From the NCBI GenBank assembly GCA_963842525.1, contig CAWJGT010000001.1:224001-288000 (forward strand): DNA of 64,000 bases, written 5' to 3'. The translations under genes were made by a program, and so were the position numbers. The notes beneath the pieces were generated by a model. It saw only the letters and a program-made list of their open reading frames with translations. It had not been told where the DNA came from and did not search any database. Position 1 is the first letter of the stretch; each line of letters begins with the position of its first letter. Source of the DNA: an uncultured Holophagales bacterium. Its GTDB lineage: Bacteria; Acidobacteriota; Thermoanaerobaculia; Multivoradales; UBA5704. Below are positions 20,024-30,830 of this stretch, piece after piece.

Positions 20024-22110
20024 ATGCCGAACCGACGTGCCGGGTGCCTTGTTTTCCTGTGGATACTGCTCATTGTGCCGGTCTGTCCCGGATTTGCCCA
20101 GGATGAGCCGGCCGCGCCCGAGACCCAGCCGCAGGAGGCAGGCAAGCCCGGGGAGAAGCCGGCGGAGGAGGAGACGTCCGAGGAACCGGAGGGCCTCCAG
20201 GTCTACGACGAGATCCAGGTCACTGGCCGGGCCTCGGAGATGCTGGGGGTCGCCGACTCCGCATCGGAGGGGTCACAGGCCGCGAGGACCTTGCGAAGAG
20301 ACCGATCCTGCGCCCAGGCGAGATCCTGGAGACGGTGCCGGGCGTCATCATCACGCAGCACAGCGGCAGCGGCAAGGCGAACCAGTACTTCCTGCGCGGG
20401 TTCAACCTCGACCACGGTACCGATTTCCGGGTGACGGTCGACGGGATCCCCGTCAACTTCCCCACCCATGGCCATGGTCAGGGCTACACCGACCTCGGCT
20501 TCCTGATCCCCGAGCTGGTGGACGCCGTCCGCTACAAGAAGGGGCCCTATGCCGCCGAGGAGGGGGATTTCTCCGCGGCTGGCGCCGCCGAGATCACCTA
20601 TGCGAGCTCGCTCGAGAAGGGGATCGTGCACGCGGCGTCCGGCATGAATGGCTACGGCCGCCTGCTCGTGGCCGATTCGGTCAAGGCGTATGGCGGCGAC
20701 CTGCTCGGCGCGGTCGAGGTCCAGCGCAACGACGGCCCCTGGGATCTCCCGGAGGACTTCCGCAAATACAACGGCGCGTTGCGCTGGAACCGGGGCGATG
20801 CGGCCAACGGCTTCACCCTGACCGCCATGGCTTACGACGGCCGTTGGAGCTCCACCGACCAGGCCCCGGAGCGGGCCGTTGCGGAGGGCCTGATCGGACG
20901 CTTCGGCGCGATCGACCTCACGGACGGCGGCAACTCGCGGCGGACCAGCCTCGCGGCCGAGCGGCGGCGGGGCGGCGAGTCTTCCCTGACCCGCTGGGGT
21001 GCCTGGGCGCTCCGCTACGAGCTCGACCTGTTCTCCAACTTCACCTACTTCCTGGACGATCCGGACCGCGGCGACCAGTTCGAGCAGACCGACGATCGCA
21101 CGGTCGTGGGCTTCCACGTCGACCACCAATGGCTGACTTCCTGGCGCGGCCGGGAGGTCGAGGCTGCCGCCGGCCTCCAGGTGCGCGGCGACGACATCAC
21201 CAACGGTCTCTTCCACACGCAGGCGCGGCAGCGGCTGGAAACGACCCGCCAGGACGACGTCCTCCAGACGAGCGGCGGCCCCTGGATGCAGGCGCGGGTG
21301 CGCTGGACCCCCTGGCTGCGGACGGTGACAGGCCTGCGCGCCGACTGGTGGCGTGCCGAGGTGGATAGCAATCTCGAGACGAACTCGGGGACGGCCGACG
21401 ACCTCCTCCTGAGCCCCAAGCTCTCCGTCCTTCTGGGTCCCTGGCGGGAGACCGAGGTCTACCTCAACCTCGGCACCGGCTTCCACAGCAGAGACGCCCG
21501 CGGCGCGACGATCCGCGTCGATCCCCGGACCGGCGAGCCGGTCAGCCGGGTCGATCCCCTGGTGCGGGCGCGGAGCGGCGATTTCGGCGTACGGACCGAG
21601 ATCCTGCCCAACGTCCAGCTTGCGGCGACCGCCTTCCTCCTGGAGCTGGACTCGGAGCTGGTCTTCGTGGGCGATGCCGGAGGCACCGAGGCGGGCCGGC
21701 CCAGCCGGCGGACAGGTGTCGAGCTCCAGAGCTTCTGGCGTCCGTATTCATGGCTCTCCATCGACGCCGACCTCGCCCTCTCCCGGGGCCGGTTCAGGGA
21801 CGACGATCCGGCGGGGGACCGCATCCCCGGCGCCATCGAGAGGGCGCTGGCAGCCGGCGTTTCGATCGACGGCCTGGGCCCCTGGTTCGGCAGCCTGCGC
21901 CTGCGCTATTTCGGCCCGCGGGACCTCATCGAGGACGGCAGCATCCGCTCCGACGCCACGACCCTGACCAACGCCCGCCTGGGCCGCCAGCTCCCGAACG
22001 GGCTCTCCCTGGCGCTGGAGGTCTTCAACCTGTTCGACGAGAAGGCGAGCGACATCGACTACTTCTACGAGTCGCGCCTCCCCGGGGAGGCCGAGCCGGT
22101 GGAAGACCTA
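20024..22110 (+). CDS. TonB-dependent receptor (frameshift near 20280; final beta-strand missing)
   Basis: Signal peptide; DEIQVTG TonB-box region; plug QHSGSGKANQYFLRGFNLDHGTDF, THGHGQGY; barrel to FNLFDEKASDIDYFYESRLPGE. Confidence 0.85.
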
Positions 22111-22877
22111 GGAGGGCCCTTGGTCTTGAGGTACATGACCGAAAGCCAGGCCGCCATGACAGGCAGCCACAGCGGCAGCATGCGGGGGAGTAGCCGTCTG
22201 GCGCTGTCGCTCCCGAGCACCTGGTGCTCGTCCCAGAGCAGGACGAGGAAGATGGCGGTGAGCCCCGTGAACGTGGTGCCGTACTCCTTGCGCAGCAGGC
22301 GCTTCCAATCAAACCGCATGCTCGCCAGGGTGCGCCGGAAGCCGGTCAGATTGGGGAGGAAGCGGGGGACTTCGCGGCAGTACCGTTCGTACTCCTCCCC
22401 GAAACGGTTGCTGAGGTAGGTCTCCTCGGCCGCGACGATCGCCCCGTAGGCGAGCAGGTAGAACGGGACGCCGATCAGGTATCCGGCCAGGGAGTTGTGG
22501 ACGATCAGGAGGCCGATCAACCCGAGCAGGTTCCCGAGGTACAGCGGGTTGCGCGAGTGGGCGAAGATCCCTTCCCGGACCAACTCGTCGGCATGGACCT
22601 GGCGGTTCCTGCCGCCGCGGCGGATATAGGCCAGGCCGATCACCAGGGCGCGCCACACCTGGCCCGCCAGCGCGAGCGCCACGCCCACGGCATTGAGCGC
22701 GATGTCCCAGCGGCGGTCGTGGAACGGCCACCGGGCAGGGCTCGCGACGAGGATCCCCAGGAACACCAGGGGGAACAAGGCGTCCCGCCAGCGAAAGAAG
22801 AGGCGGCCGGACGCGATCCATGCCCGGTGGAGGGCACTCAAAGGCTCGACTGCTCCGGGAGCGTGGTCCTCGATCAC
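22065..22877 (-). CDS. Isoprenylcysteine carboxylmethyltransferase (ICMT/PEMT) family membrane protein
   Basis: LVREGIFAHSRNPLYLGN, AEETYLSNRFGEEYERYCREVPRFLP, several TM helices. Confidence 0.88.
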   Translation of the reverse strand: MIEDHAPGAVEPLSALHRAWIASGRLFFRWRDALFPLVFLGILVASPARWPFHDRRWDIALNAVGVALALAGQVWRALVIGLAYIRRGGRNRQVHADELVREGIFAHSRNPLYLGNLLGLIGLLIVHNSLAGYLIGVPFYLLAYGAIVAAEETYLSNRFGEEYERYCREVPRFLPNLTGFRRTLASMRFDWKRLLRKEYGTTFTGLTAIFLVLLWDEHQVLGSDSARRLLPRMLPLWLPVMAAWLSVMYLKTKGPPRSSTGSASPGRRDS

Positions 22878-22888
22878 GGCACCGCCCG

Positions 22889-23671
22889 TTATTTCATCGC
22901 CACGAGGGCGCAGAAGTTGTACCACTTGAAGAAGACGTCCACCTGCCCGAAGCCGTGCCGCATCAGCAGCTCGCGGTTTTCCTCCAGCCGGTAGGGCACG
23001 AGCACGTTTTCGAGCGCCTCGCGCTTCTGCGCGATCTCCAGCTCGGAATAGCCATGCCGCTTCTTCAGCTCGTAGTAATGTTTGATGAACAGGCGGTTGA
23101 AGGTGCTGCTCTCGCCCAGCACCTTTTCGACCAGGATCAGGCACCCTTCGTCGGAGAGGCCGCGGCGGATCTTCTCGACGAGCCGGTCCCGGTAGAGGGG
23201 CCGGGTGAACTGTAGCGTCAGGACCAGCAGCACCGCCGAGGCGTTCTGGATCTCCACGCCGCGGTTGAGGTCGCCCTGGATCAGGTCGTACGGGAAGGGG
23301 AACCCGCTTTCGGCCAGCTTCCTGCGGGCGAGGTCGAGCATCTCCGCCGAGGAGTCGACGCCGACGAAGCGGATGTCGTGCCCCGGTGGGAGAAGCTCGG
23401 CGATCCGCAGCGCGGTGTTGCAGGTCGAGCAGCCGAGGTCGTAGACCGCGGTGCCCGGAGCCGCGAAGTCCACGGCGGTCTCCGCGACCATGCGCTCGAT
23501 CTCGGGGTAGAAGGGGACCGAGCGGTGCAGCATGTCGTCGAACACCGCGGCGGTCTCCGCCCCGAAGTCGAAGTCGGTCGCGGTCCGCGGCTCAGCGAAG
23601 ATCTGGTCCTGCGGCGCCCGGCCGGCAACCGCTTCAATGTGGAGTTTCTCGCTGGGGCACATGAGCTCCAC
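22889..23671 (-). CDS. cmoA: Carboxy-S-adenosyl-L-methionine synthase
   Basis: FDFGAETAAVFDDMLHRSVPFY, YDLGCST, LTLQF, EIAQKREALENVLVP, FFKWYNF. Confidence 0.92.
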   Translation of the reverse strand: MELMCPSEKLHIEAVAGRAPQDQIFAEPRTATDFDFGAETAAVFDDMLHRSVPFYPEIERMVAETAVDFAAPGTAVYDLGCSTCNTALRIAELLPPGHDIRFVGVDSSAEMLDLARRKLAESGFPFPYDLIQGDLNRGVEIQNASAVLLVLTLQFTRPLYRDRLVEKIRRGLSDEGCLILVEKVLGESSTFNRLFIKHYYELKKRHGYSELEIAQKREALENVLVPYRLEENRELLMRHGFGQVDVFFKWYNFCALVAMK

Positions 23672-23966
23672 TCCTCTTCAGACGGTCCGCGTCCTGGAGA
23701 CTGAGGCAGGCCTGGAAGACGGCCTGGAAGATCTGCCTCACCTCGTCGGGGGAGAAGGGGCTCGGAGGCTCGCGCGTGAGAGCGCGGAGCTGCTCCTCCT
23801 CCCGGTCTGGGTCGCGGCTGCGCAGGCCGTGGCGCCGCTTCAGCCGCGCGATCTCCATCACCACTTCACCGCGCGCCCGGAGCAATGCGAGGATCCAGCC
23901 GTCGAAGCGGTCGATCTCGGCCCGGAGCTGGCCGAGCTCCGCCTCAGTATCGGGGGTCTTCGACAT
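23634..23966 (-). CDS. Monofunctional AroQ-type chorismate mutase
   Basis: LGQLRAEIDRFDGWILALLRARGEVVMEIARLK...RDPDREEE...IFQAVFQACLSLQ. Confidence 0.88.
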   Translation of the reverse strand: MSKTPDTEAELGQLRAEIDRFDGWILALLRARGEVVMEIARLKRRHGLRSRDPDREEEQLRALTREPPSPFSPDEVRQIFQAVFQACLSLQDADRLKRSGAHVPQRETPH

Positions 23967-24062
23967 CGGCTCCTTTCGTCTGCGCGCTATACTTCACCGA
24001 GGCACCGGCTTGGACCGGTACAAAACGTTAGAGGCGGAAACGTCCGAAATCCTTCGCTGCGT

Positions 24063-26624
24063 ATGAGCTCAGGCCGGAAGGCGACATGCGCGTTGGCCGC
24101 CTGCCTCTTCCTGGCAGCGTCGGCGGCCCCGATGGCCCTGACGACGGCCGAGGAGCGACCGCCCGGGCAGCGGGAAGAGACGGCCTTCCGCGGCCTGAGC
24201 CTCACGGCGGCGCTCCAGCTCCTGCAGGCGCGTGGGTTGCCGGTGTTCTTCTCCAGCAGCGTCGTCCGCGATTCCATGCGGATCGAGACCGAGCCGCACG
24301 CGAAGTCGCCGCGCGAGATCCTCGACGAGATCCTCCTTCCCTACGGCCTGCGCGCCGAAGAGGTGCTCGACGGCAGGCTAGTGGTGGTCACCGCCCCGCC
24401 CGCGCGCAGGGCGCTGCAGGGGCGGGTCTTCCTGCAGGGTGAGGGACGCCCGCTCGCCGGCGTCCGGGTGTCGGTCGCCGGCGCCGAGGCGGTCACGGCT
24501 GCCGATGGCAGCTTCGCGATCCCGGGCCTTGAGGCCGGTACCTACACGGTCGAGGCGCGCAGGAAGGGCTTCGTGAGCGGCCTCTGGTCCGGGGTGCAGA
24601 TCGCCGCGGACCGCGACCGGCAGATGACCATCGAGCTCGATCCGGTCCCGGTCGTGGCGGAGGAGATTGTCGTGACTCCCGGCCGGAGCGAGGCGGGACA
24701 GGACGGTGCGGCCGGTGAGCTGTCGCTCGACGCGGTCGAGTTGGGAAAGCTGCCCCACCTGGGCGACGACCCGTTCCGTGCCGTCGGCCTGCTGCCGGGG
24801 ACCGCAGGCTCCGAGGCCTCGTCGCGCATCCAGGTGCGCGGCGGGCGTGACGACGAGGTCCTGGTCGTCCTCGACGGCCTCGAGCTGCTGGCCCCCTATC
24901 ATCTGCAGGAGTTCGACAGCGCGCTGAGCATCGTCGCGCCGACGCTCCTCGACCGGGTGGAGCTGAGCACCGGCGGCTATCCGGCGGAGTACGGCGACCG
25001 CATGAGCGGGGTCCTCGACATGACGACGCGGAGGCCGTCCCGCTCCCGCCGCTTCGAGCTCGGCCTCGGCCTGCTCTACGGAGAGGCCTCGGCCTCGGGT
25101 GCCTTGCACCGGGACCGGGGGCGCTGGTATCTCGCCAGCCGCAACGGCACCTATCAACTGGCCCTCGCGATCAGAGGGCGCAACGAGAACCCCCGCTACT
25201 GGGACACCTTCGGCAAGCTGGAGACCTCGCTGGAAAACGGTCAAACGCTGCAGCTCAACGCCCTCGTCGCGGACGACGACCTCACCCTGAAGACCAGGCC
25301 CGAGGGGGAGAGGTACAGGGGCGACTGGGGCAACCAGTACGTGTGGTTGACCCATGGGGCGCTGCTGAGAACCGATGTCTTCGTGGAGTCGATCGCGTCG
25401 GCGGGCCGCGTCGACCGCAACCGCACGGGATCGGCGGCGGGCAGCGAGGCGCGGTTCGCCGTGAGCGACTCCCGCGGCCTGGATTTCGCCGGCCTCAAGA
25501 ACGTCTGGCGCCTCCAGCTCCGGGGGCGCCACTCCCTGGAGGCAGGCCTCGAGCTGCGGCATCTCGGCTCGGACCTCGACTACTCCAACGACCGCGAGCT
25601 GACGGGGGTCCTCGCGCCGCTGGACCTGCAGCCGGTGGGCACCACCCGGTTCCAGGGGGCCCTCGACTATGTCCAGACCGGCGCGTTCCTCAGCTCGCGG
25701 CTGCGCCCTGCCGACGGCCTCTCCGCCGACGTGGGCTTCCGCTTCGACGACAACGGCTCCACCGACGAAAGCCATGTCAGCCCGCGGCTGAACGTGGCCT
25801 GGGAGCCCCGGGAGGGCAGCGTCGTGCGCCTGGCCTGGGGCTGGTTCCACCAGAGCCAGCGGCCGAACGAGCTGCAGGTCGAGGACGGCGAGGCTCGGCT
25901 GGCGCCCGCCGAGCTGGCCGAGCACAGGATCCTCGGTTTCGAGAAGCGCGGCGGAGGTGGTGCCACGTTCCGGGCGGAGGCGTGGCAACGGCGGCTGAGC
26001 CGGCAGCGGGTGCGCCATGAAAACCTTTTCGATCCGATCGACCTTTTCCCGGAGCTGACGGGCGACCGGGTGCGCATCGAGCCGGACGGCGGCTGGATCC
26101 AGGGTCTCGACCTGCTCCTCCGCAGCCCGGACCGTGGCCCGCTGAGCTGGTGGCTGGCCTACTCCTACGGCTCGGCCGAAGACCGGATCGGCGGCCGCCT
26201 GGTGCCTCGCGCCACCGACCAGACGCACGCGTTCCGCGCCAATCTCGACTACCGGACGCCGGGCGGCTGGAGCTTCAATGCCGCGTGGCTGTATCACACC
26301 GGCTGGCCGACGACGAGGATCACGGCGCGGGTGGTTCCCGGGGACGCGGGGGCCACGAGGATCGAGCCGGTCCTCGGCCCCCTGCGCGGCGAGCGTCTCC
26401 CCGACTATCACCGCCTCGACCTGCGGGTGAGCCGCGCCTGGGACCTGCGGTTCGGCCGGCTGAGCGCCTATCTCGACCTGCAGAACCTCTATGACCGCGA
26501 GAACGTCCGCGGCTTCGACGGCTTTTCGTTCGAGACAGGACCGGGCGGCGAGCCCCTCCTCCGGTCCGAGACGGTGACGTGGGGGGATCTCCTGCCGTCC
26601 TTCGGCGTCCGCTGGCAGCTCTGA
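24063..26624 (+). CDS. TonB-dependent receptor/transducer with N-terminal STN and carboxypeptidase-regulatory-like domains
   Basis: Signal peptide; SLTAALQLL...EILDEILLPYGL (STN); EEIVVTPG; VRGGRDDE; GGYPAEYGDRMSGV; LPDYHRLDLR; C-terminal PSFGVRWQL. Confidence 0.9.
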   Translation: MSSGRKATCALAACLFLAASAAPMALTTAEERPPGQREETAFRGLSLTAALQLLQARGLPVFFSSSVVRDSMRIETEPHAKSPREILDEILLPYGLRAEEVLDGRLVVVTAPPARRALQGRVFLQGEGRPLAGVRVSVAGAEAVTAADGSFAIPGLEAGTYTVEARRKGFVSGLWSGVQIAADRDRQMTIELDPVPVVAEEIVVTPGRSEAGQDGAAGELSLDAVELGKLPHLGDDPFRAVGLLPGTAGSEASSRIQVRGGRDDEVLVVLDGLELLAPYHLQEFDSALSIVAPTLLDRVELSTGGYPAEYGDRMSGVLDMTTRRPSRSRRFELGLGLLYGEASASGALHRDRGRWYLASRNGTYQLALAIRGRNENPRYWDTFGKLETSLENGQTLQLNALVADDDLTLKTRPEGERYRGDWGNQYVWLTHGALLRTDVFVESIASAGRVDRNRTGSAAGSEARFAVSDSRGLDFAGLKNVWRLQLRGRHSLEAGLELRHLGSDLDYSNDRELTGVLAPLDLQPVGTTRFQGALDYVQTGAFLSSRLRPADGLSADVGFRFDDNGSTDESHVSPRLNVAWEPREGSVVRLAWGWFHQSQRPNELQVEDGEARLAPAELAEHRILGFEKRGGGGATFRAEAWQRRLSRQRVRHENLFDPIDLFPELTGDRVRIEPDGGWIQGLDLLLRSPDRGPLSWWLAYSYGSAEDRIGGRLVPRATDQTHAFRANLDYRTPGGWSFNAAWLYHTGWPTTRITARVVPGDAGATRIEPVLGPLRGERLPDYHRLDLRVSRAWDLRFGRLSAYLDLQNLYDRENVRGFDGFSFETGPGGEPLLRSETVTWGDLLPSFGVRWQL

Positions 26625-26630
26625 TCCGGC

Positions 26631-27626
26631 TTACGGCTGCGTGACGTTTTCGAGCCAGAGCCGGTCGCCGGCGAGGCGATGGCGGTAGCCGCAGCCGGGC
26701 AGGACGACGGCCAGGGCCTGCTCGGCCGTCAGCCCCTGGATCGAGCCGTGGAGGACGATCTCCTCCGGCCGCCGGCCGGCGCGCGGCGGCTCGGCGAGCC
26801 GCCAGCGCAGCCCGGTCTCCCGCGACACCCAGTCGAGGAAGTCCCGGAGGGTGGCGCCTTCGATGTCGAGCGCGGGTGCGGCGCGCTGGACCCAGTCCCA
26901 GCCCGGCCCATAGCGGGGGATCTCCGCGCGGCGGAAGCTGCCGTCCTCCCGCAGCAGGAGCTCGCCGCCGGCCCGGGCCTGGTGGGCCCCTCCCTCGTGA
27001 GCGACGAGCACCCGCCCCTCGCGCACCCGTACCCGCAGCGTCCCTGCCAGCAGGCGGACCTCGAACTGGGTGCCGACGTCGCGGATGGACCCGAGGGCCG
27101 TGGCCACCTCGATCCCGTTGTCGAGCGCGGCGTCCGCTCCCGAGTCCACGTACAGGGCGCCGCTGGTGAGCGTCACGCGGCGAGAGGAGTCGATCCGCAC
27201 CGACGAGCCCGCGTCGATCCGCATCGAGGCCCCGTAGGGCAGGCGCACGGCGGCGCGCCCTGCGCCCGTCGTGAGGACCGCGCCGGCAAACAGGTCGGCC
27301 TGATGGCCGGTCGCGCCGGCGACGGCCACGTCGCCGGTCTTCATCTCGATCGTGGCGATCGCGTTCTTCGGCTCGGGGGAGGCGGGGCTGGCCGGGCCAT
27401 ACAGGAAGAGCCCGGCGGCCAGCAGCAGGCCGGCGGCGAGGGAGGCGGCAGCCGTCCATCCGAGGCGGCGCCGTCTCGCCGCCCGGCGGGCCTGGCGCCG
27501 GAAGACCTCGCGCGCCGCCTCCCGGATGGGAGCGACCTCTTTCTCGGCGAGCCGGGGCCTCCGCCCCGCGAGATGGAGCATTGCGGCGATGTCGTCTTCC
27601 GGGTCGGTGCGGTGTTCGTGGTCCAT
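26631..27626 (-). CDS. FecR-family transmembrane anti-sigma/sensor
   Basis: TM helix (WTAAASLAAGLLLAAGLFL); LTSGALYVD, IRDVGTQFEVR, VRVREGRV; TLRDFLDWVSRETG. Confidence 0.9.
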   Translation of the reverse strand: MDHEHRTDPEDDIAAMLHLAGRRPRLAEKEVAPIREAAREVFRRQARRAARRRRLGWTAAASLAAGLLLAAGLFLYGPASPASPEPKNAIATIEMKTGDVAVAGATGHQADLFAGAVLTTGAGRAAVRLPYGASMRIDAGSSVRIDSSRRVTLTSGALYVDSGADAALDNGIEVATALGSIRDVGTQFEVRLLAGTLRVRVREGRVLVAHEGGAHQARAGGELLLREDGSFRRAEIPRYGPGWDWVQRAAPALDIEGATLRDFLDWVSRETGLRWRLAEPPRAGRRPEEIVLHGSIQGLTAEQALAVVLPGCGYRHRLAGDRLWLENVTQP

Positions 27627-27628
27627 GG

Positions 27629-28261
27629 TCACTTCCTCGATGCGCGGGCTTCCCGTTCCCGGGCGAGGCTCGCGAATCCGTCGCGAAAGGCCTGCCGGGC
27701 GCGGGTCAGGAGCGATTCCGCCGCCTTGGGGGTGACCCCGAGCTGCGCGGCGATCTGCTTGACCGGGAGGTCGTCCGAGTACTTCCACTCCAGGATCTGG
27801 CCGTAGTGGGCCGGAAGGTGGTCGATGGCGATGTGGACCAGCCGGGCGAGCTCTCTGCGAAGCAGCTCGCTTTCGGGATCGTCGAGACCTGCTGGGAGCG
27901 ACTCGAGGACTCCGCGCAGCATCGTCCCTTCTTCGAGGAGGTGGATCTCCGGCTGCGAGCGCCGGGCGCGGCGGAAATGGCCGGTGATCTCGAAGCGGCA
28001 GATCGAGCACAGCCAACTGAAGAGCGCCGCTTCGCCGCGGTAGGTGCCGAGCTTCTCGATCGCTGTGCAGAGGGTGGCCTGGGACATCTCCTTGGCCAGC
28101 TCCACCTCCTGACCGACGCGGGCGAGGGCGAAACGATAGATGGGATGGAAGTAGGCTTCGAAGAACTGCTCGAAGGCCTCCTCCTCGCCGTCCCGCATGC
28201 GCTGGACGAGCCGGCGATCCTCGCTCCGGAGGTCGAATGCTTCAGGCTTCCTGGGCCACAT
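27629..28261 (-). CDS. ECF sigma-70 factor (FecI-like)
   Basis: DRRLVQRMRDGEEEAFEQFF, LFSWLCSIC, LPAHYGQIL...KQIAAQLG...AAESLLTRAR. Confidence 0.93.
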   Translation of the reverse strand: MWPRKPEAFDLRSEDRRLVQRMRDGEEEAFEQFFEAYFHPIYRFALARVGQEVELAKEMSQATLCTAIEKLGTYRGEAALFSWLCSICRFEITGHFRRARRSQPEIHLLEEGTMLRGVLESLPAGLDDPESELLRRELARLVHIAIDHLPAHYGQILEWKYSDDLPVKQIAAQLGVTPKAAESLLTRARQAFRDGFASLAREREARASRK

Positions 28262-28303
28262 CGCTCGTAAGAGGAGCGGTGTCGGAGAATCCTTCGCGCG
28301 CGG

Positions 28304-30529
28304 TTACCAGAGCCTGGTCCAGCGGAGCTTGATGGCGATCTGATCGACGTTGGGGGAGAAGCGGTAGCCCGATTCGTCGAGGGGGCGCTGCCAGTTGCGG
28401 TTCCAGACCACGAAGAGGTCCCTTCCGGGCCGGATCGTCCAGCGCAGGCGCGAGTTGATCCCCAGGTCGCGCGACTCCGAATCGTACTGGGCGAAGCTCG
28501 ACACGAACAGGTTGGGGCTCAGCCCCCAGACGGTCCTGAGTTGCCAGAGCCGCTGGATGAAGTCTCCCTCCGGCAGGTCGCCGAAATGGATCGCCGATTC
28601 GAGCTCGAGCCGCAGCCGCCCCGGGCCGAAGGTCCAGCCGACGAGGTTTTCCCACTGGGTCAGCCGGCCCGTGTAGAAGTCGCCGTACGAGACGGTTCGA
28701 ACCGAGCCGCCAGGGACGTGACCGTGTGGTCTGGAGATCGGCGCGCCAGCGGTCGAAGCGGTACTCGCCGGGCGGGATGACTACCCCCGAGGCGACCTCG
28801 AAGGGGTGTTCGAGCCGTTCGAGCTGCGGTATCCAGTTGATCTCCAGGCGATCGCCCGAATGGGTCTGGGCATTGAGCGGAGTCATGTAGGCCTGCCAGC
28901 TCTCGGTCAGTCCGTCCAGGCGGTCGATCCGGGTGACGAGCGCCTCGAAGAAGAGCTGGCGGACACTGCCGAGGAATCCTTTCAGCTCCGGCCGCGGCTT
29001 CCAGGCGCCGCGGGTCGTCCACTGGCGGGTGCCGGGCCGAGGCAGGAACCCAAGCGCAGGGTCGAGCGCCTCGCCGAACTCGTTCATCTCGAAGACGAGC
29101 TCCACCAGGTCGTTGGGATAGGTGGCGCGCACTCCCCAGCCATCGTCCCGGCCCGGAGCGAGATCGCCCGAGCTGCGGGCGGCCCATCCCGCGAAGGAGA
29201 GGTTCTTGTCCTTCCGGAAGGTGGAGGTCCGCCACTGCGCGTCGACGCCGGCGAAGGTGTTTTCGCGCAGGCCGAGCGGATCGCCGCGCGTGGCGAGCAC
29301 CCCGAAGCGCAGGTGCTCGCCGGCGTCATAGGAAGCCCGCCCGGCGAAGAGGTTCGTCGAAGCGGCCAGCTCCGAGTTGGAGGTCTCGACGTCCAGGGCG
29401 GCGATCGACCAGGGACCGGCGCGGCCAAGCAGCTTCAGCCCGGCGTCGATGGGGGTCACCTGGCCTTGGACCAGCCCCACCCGCCGCGAATAGAACGGGA
29501 TGAAGTCCGGCGCGAGCCCCGAGCCGAAGGAGAAGAGGTTCGAGCCCTCCAGGAAGAACGGCCGCTTCTCGGGGAAGAAGAGAGGGAATCGCGTCAGGTT
29601 GATCTGCCGCGAGTCGACCTCGGTCTCGGCGAAATCGGTGTTGACGGTCAGGACCGCGCCGAAGCTCGGGCGTGAAGTTGTAGGAGAGGTCGAGCCCGGC
29701 GTCCCCCTCCTCGGTCAGCCCGGATCCGGCGGAACGCAGGTTCTCGCCGCGGCCGACGGCATAGGGCGAAACCGACAGGCCCTTTCCCTGGCCGAGGTCG
29801 TAGACGCCGAAGAGCTGGCCGGACCGCCGGAGGTCCGGGAGCTTGGCGTTGAGGCTCACCCCGGCCCAGCGCAGAGTCAGCCGTTCGCGGGCCACGTAGC
29901 GCTCGACGTTGAGCCCCCAGCTCGTGAGCCCCGGCCGGAAGCGCAGGCTGCGCGCCGAGATCGAGATCTCCGCGGTCCACCCCTCCGGAGTGCGCCGGGC
30001 GCGGGCGTCCCAGATCCCGTCCCACTCGAAGGAGGGGACGTCCTCGCCGGGGACGATGAGCCCGTCCTGGCGGGCTCCGCCCGCGTTGATGCTGAACAGG
30101 TAGCCGGTGCGGCGGTCGCCGAAGGTGTCGAGGACAAAAGTGAAAATATCCTCGCCGCGCAGCTCTGCGTCGCGCTCCATCGTGTGGACCACGATCTTCT
30201 CCGGCTCCGGATCGGGGCAGACGATGCCGAAATAGAGGTTCTCGCCGTCGGCCAGGACGAGCACCCGCGTCGCGTTCGAACGGGGTCGGCGCTCCCGGCT
30301 TCGGGTCCTGCTGGGTCAGGAACGGGACCTCTCCCGCGTTCGCCCAGGATGGCTCGTCGAGAGATCCGTCGAGCGAGATCGGACCGGAAGCCTGGAGCGC
30401 TGAGACCTCCGGGGCCGCTCCGGGCACGGGACTCTCCTGGCCCTGCGTCGGCACAGGGTTCTCCTGAGCGAGGGCAGACAGCGGCGCCAGGGCAAGCGCC
30501 GCAACGAAGGGCACCACAGCGAGTCTCAT
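28304..30529 (-). CDS. DUF5916 / CBM9-like domain outer-membrane protein (several frameshifts)
   Basis: ISLDGSLDEPSW, NLYFGIVC, DTFGDRRTGY, WTAEISI, NTDFAETEVDSRQINLTRFPLFFPEKRPFFLEG, FDPALGF-like motif, INSRLRW, KLRWTRLW, spread over five ORF fragments. Confidence 0.8.
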
Positions 30530-30615
30530 TGAAGAGCTGCGGCATTCAACCACAAGTGGTGTCTTCTGTCGAGAGGGGGGAGAAAATCGCGTCTCTGAGG
30601 ACAGCCTTAGACTTA

Positions 30616-30830
30616 GAGGGTGTCTGGAAAGGTTGAGGCGGCCCAGGAAAGCCCTCACCCCCGGCCCCTCTCCCATCCGCCCTCCCTTCCCCCGGGAGAG
30701 GGGAGAAATGCATGATCAGAAAGCTCCTGGGTGGGGGCTCCCCTCTCCCGGGCGGGTGTGAGTGCGGATGGGAGAGGGGTTGGGGGTGAGGGCCTGCGGC
30801 GGGATCTCGCGGAGACTTTCCAAACCCCTC
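30616..30830. mobile_element. MITE-like element containing an inverted boxC-like doublet (30651-30793)
   Basis: Imperfect TIRs GAGGGTGTCTGGAAAG / CTTTCCAAACCCCTC; TTA flanks both ends (30613-30615, 30831-30833); internal GCCCTCACCCCCGGCCCCTCTCCC...GGGAGAGGG inverted pair. Confidence 0.65.

Noticed and set aside
23532-24062. 1030-aa TBDR starting at 23532
   Set aside because: The upstream part is antisense to cmoA and chorismate mutase. The signal peptide begins at 24063.
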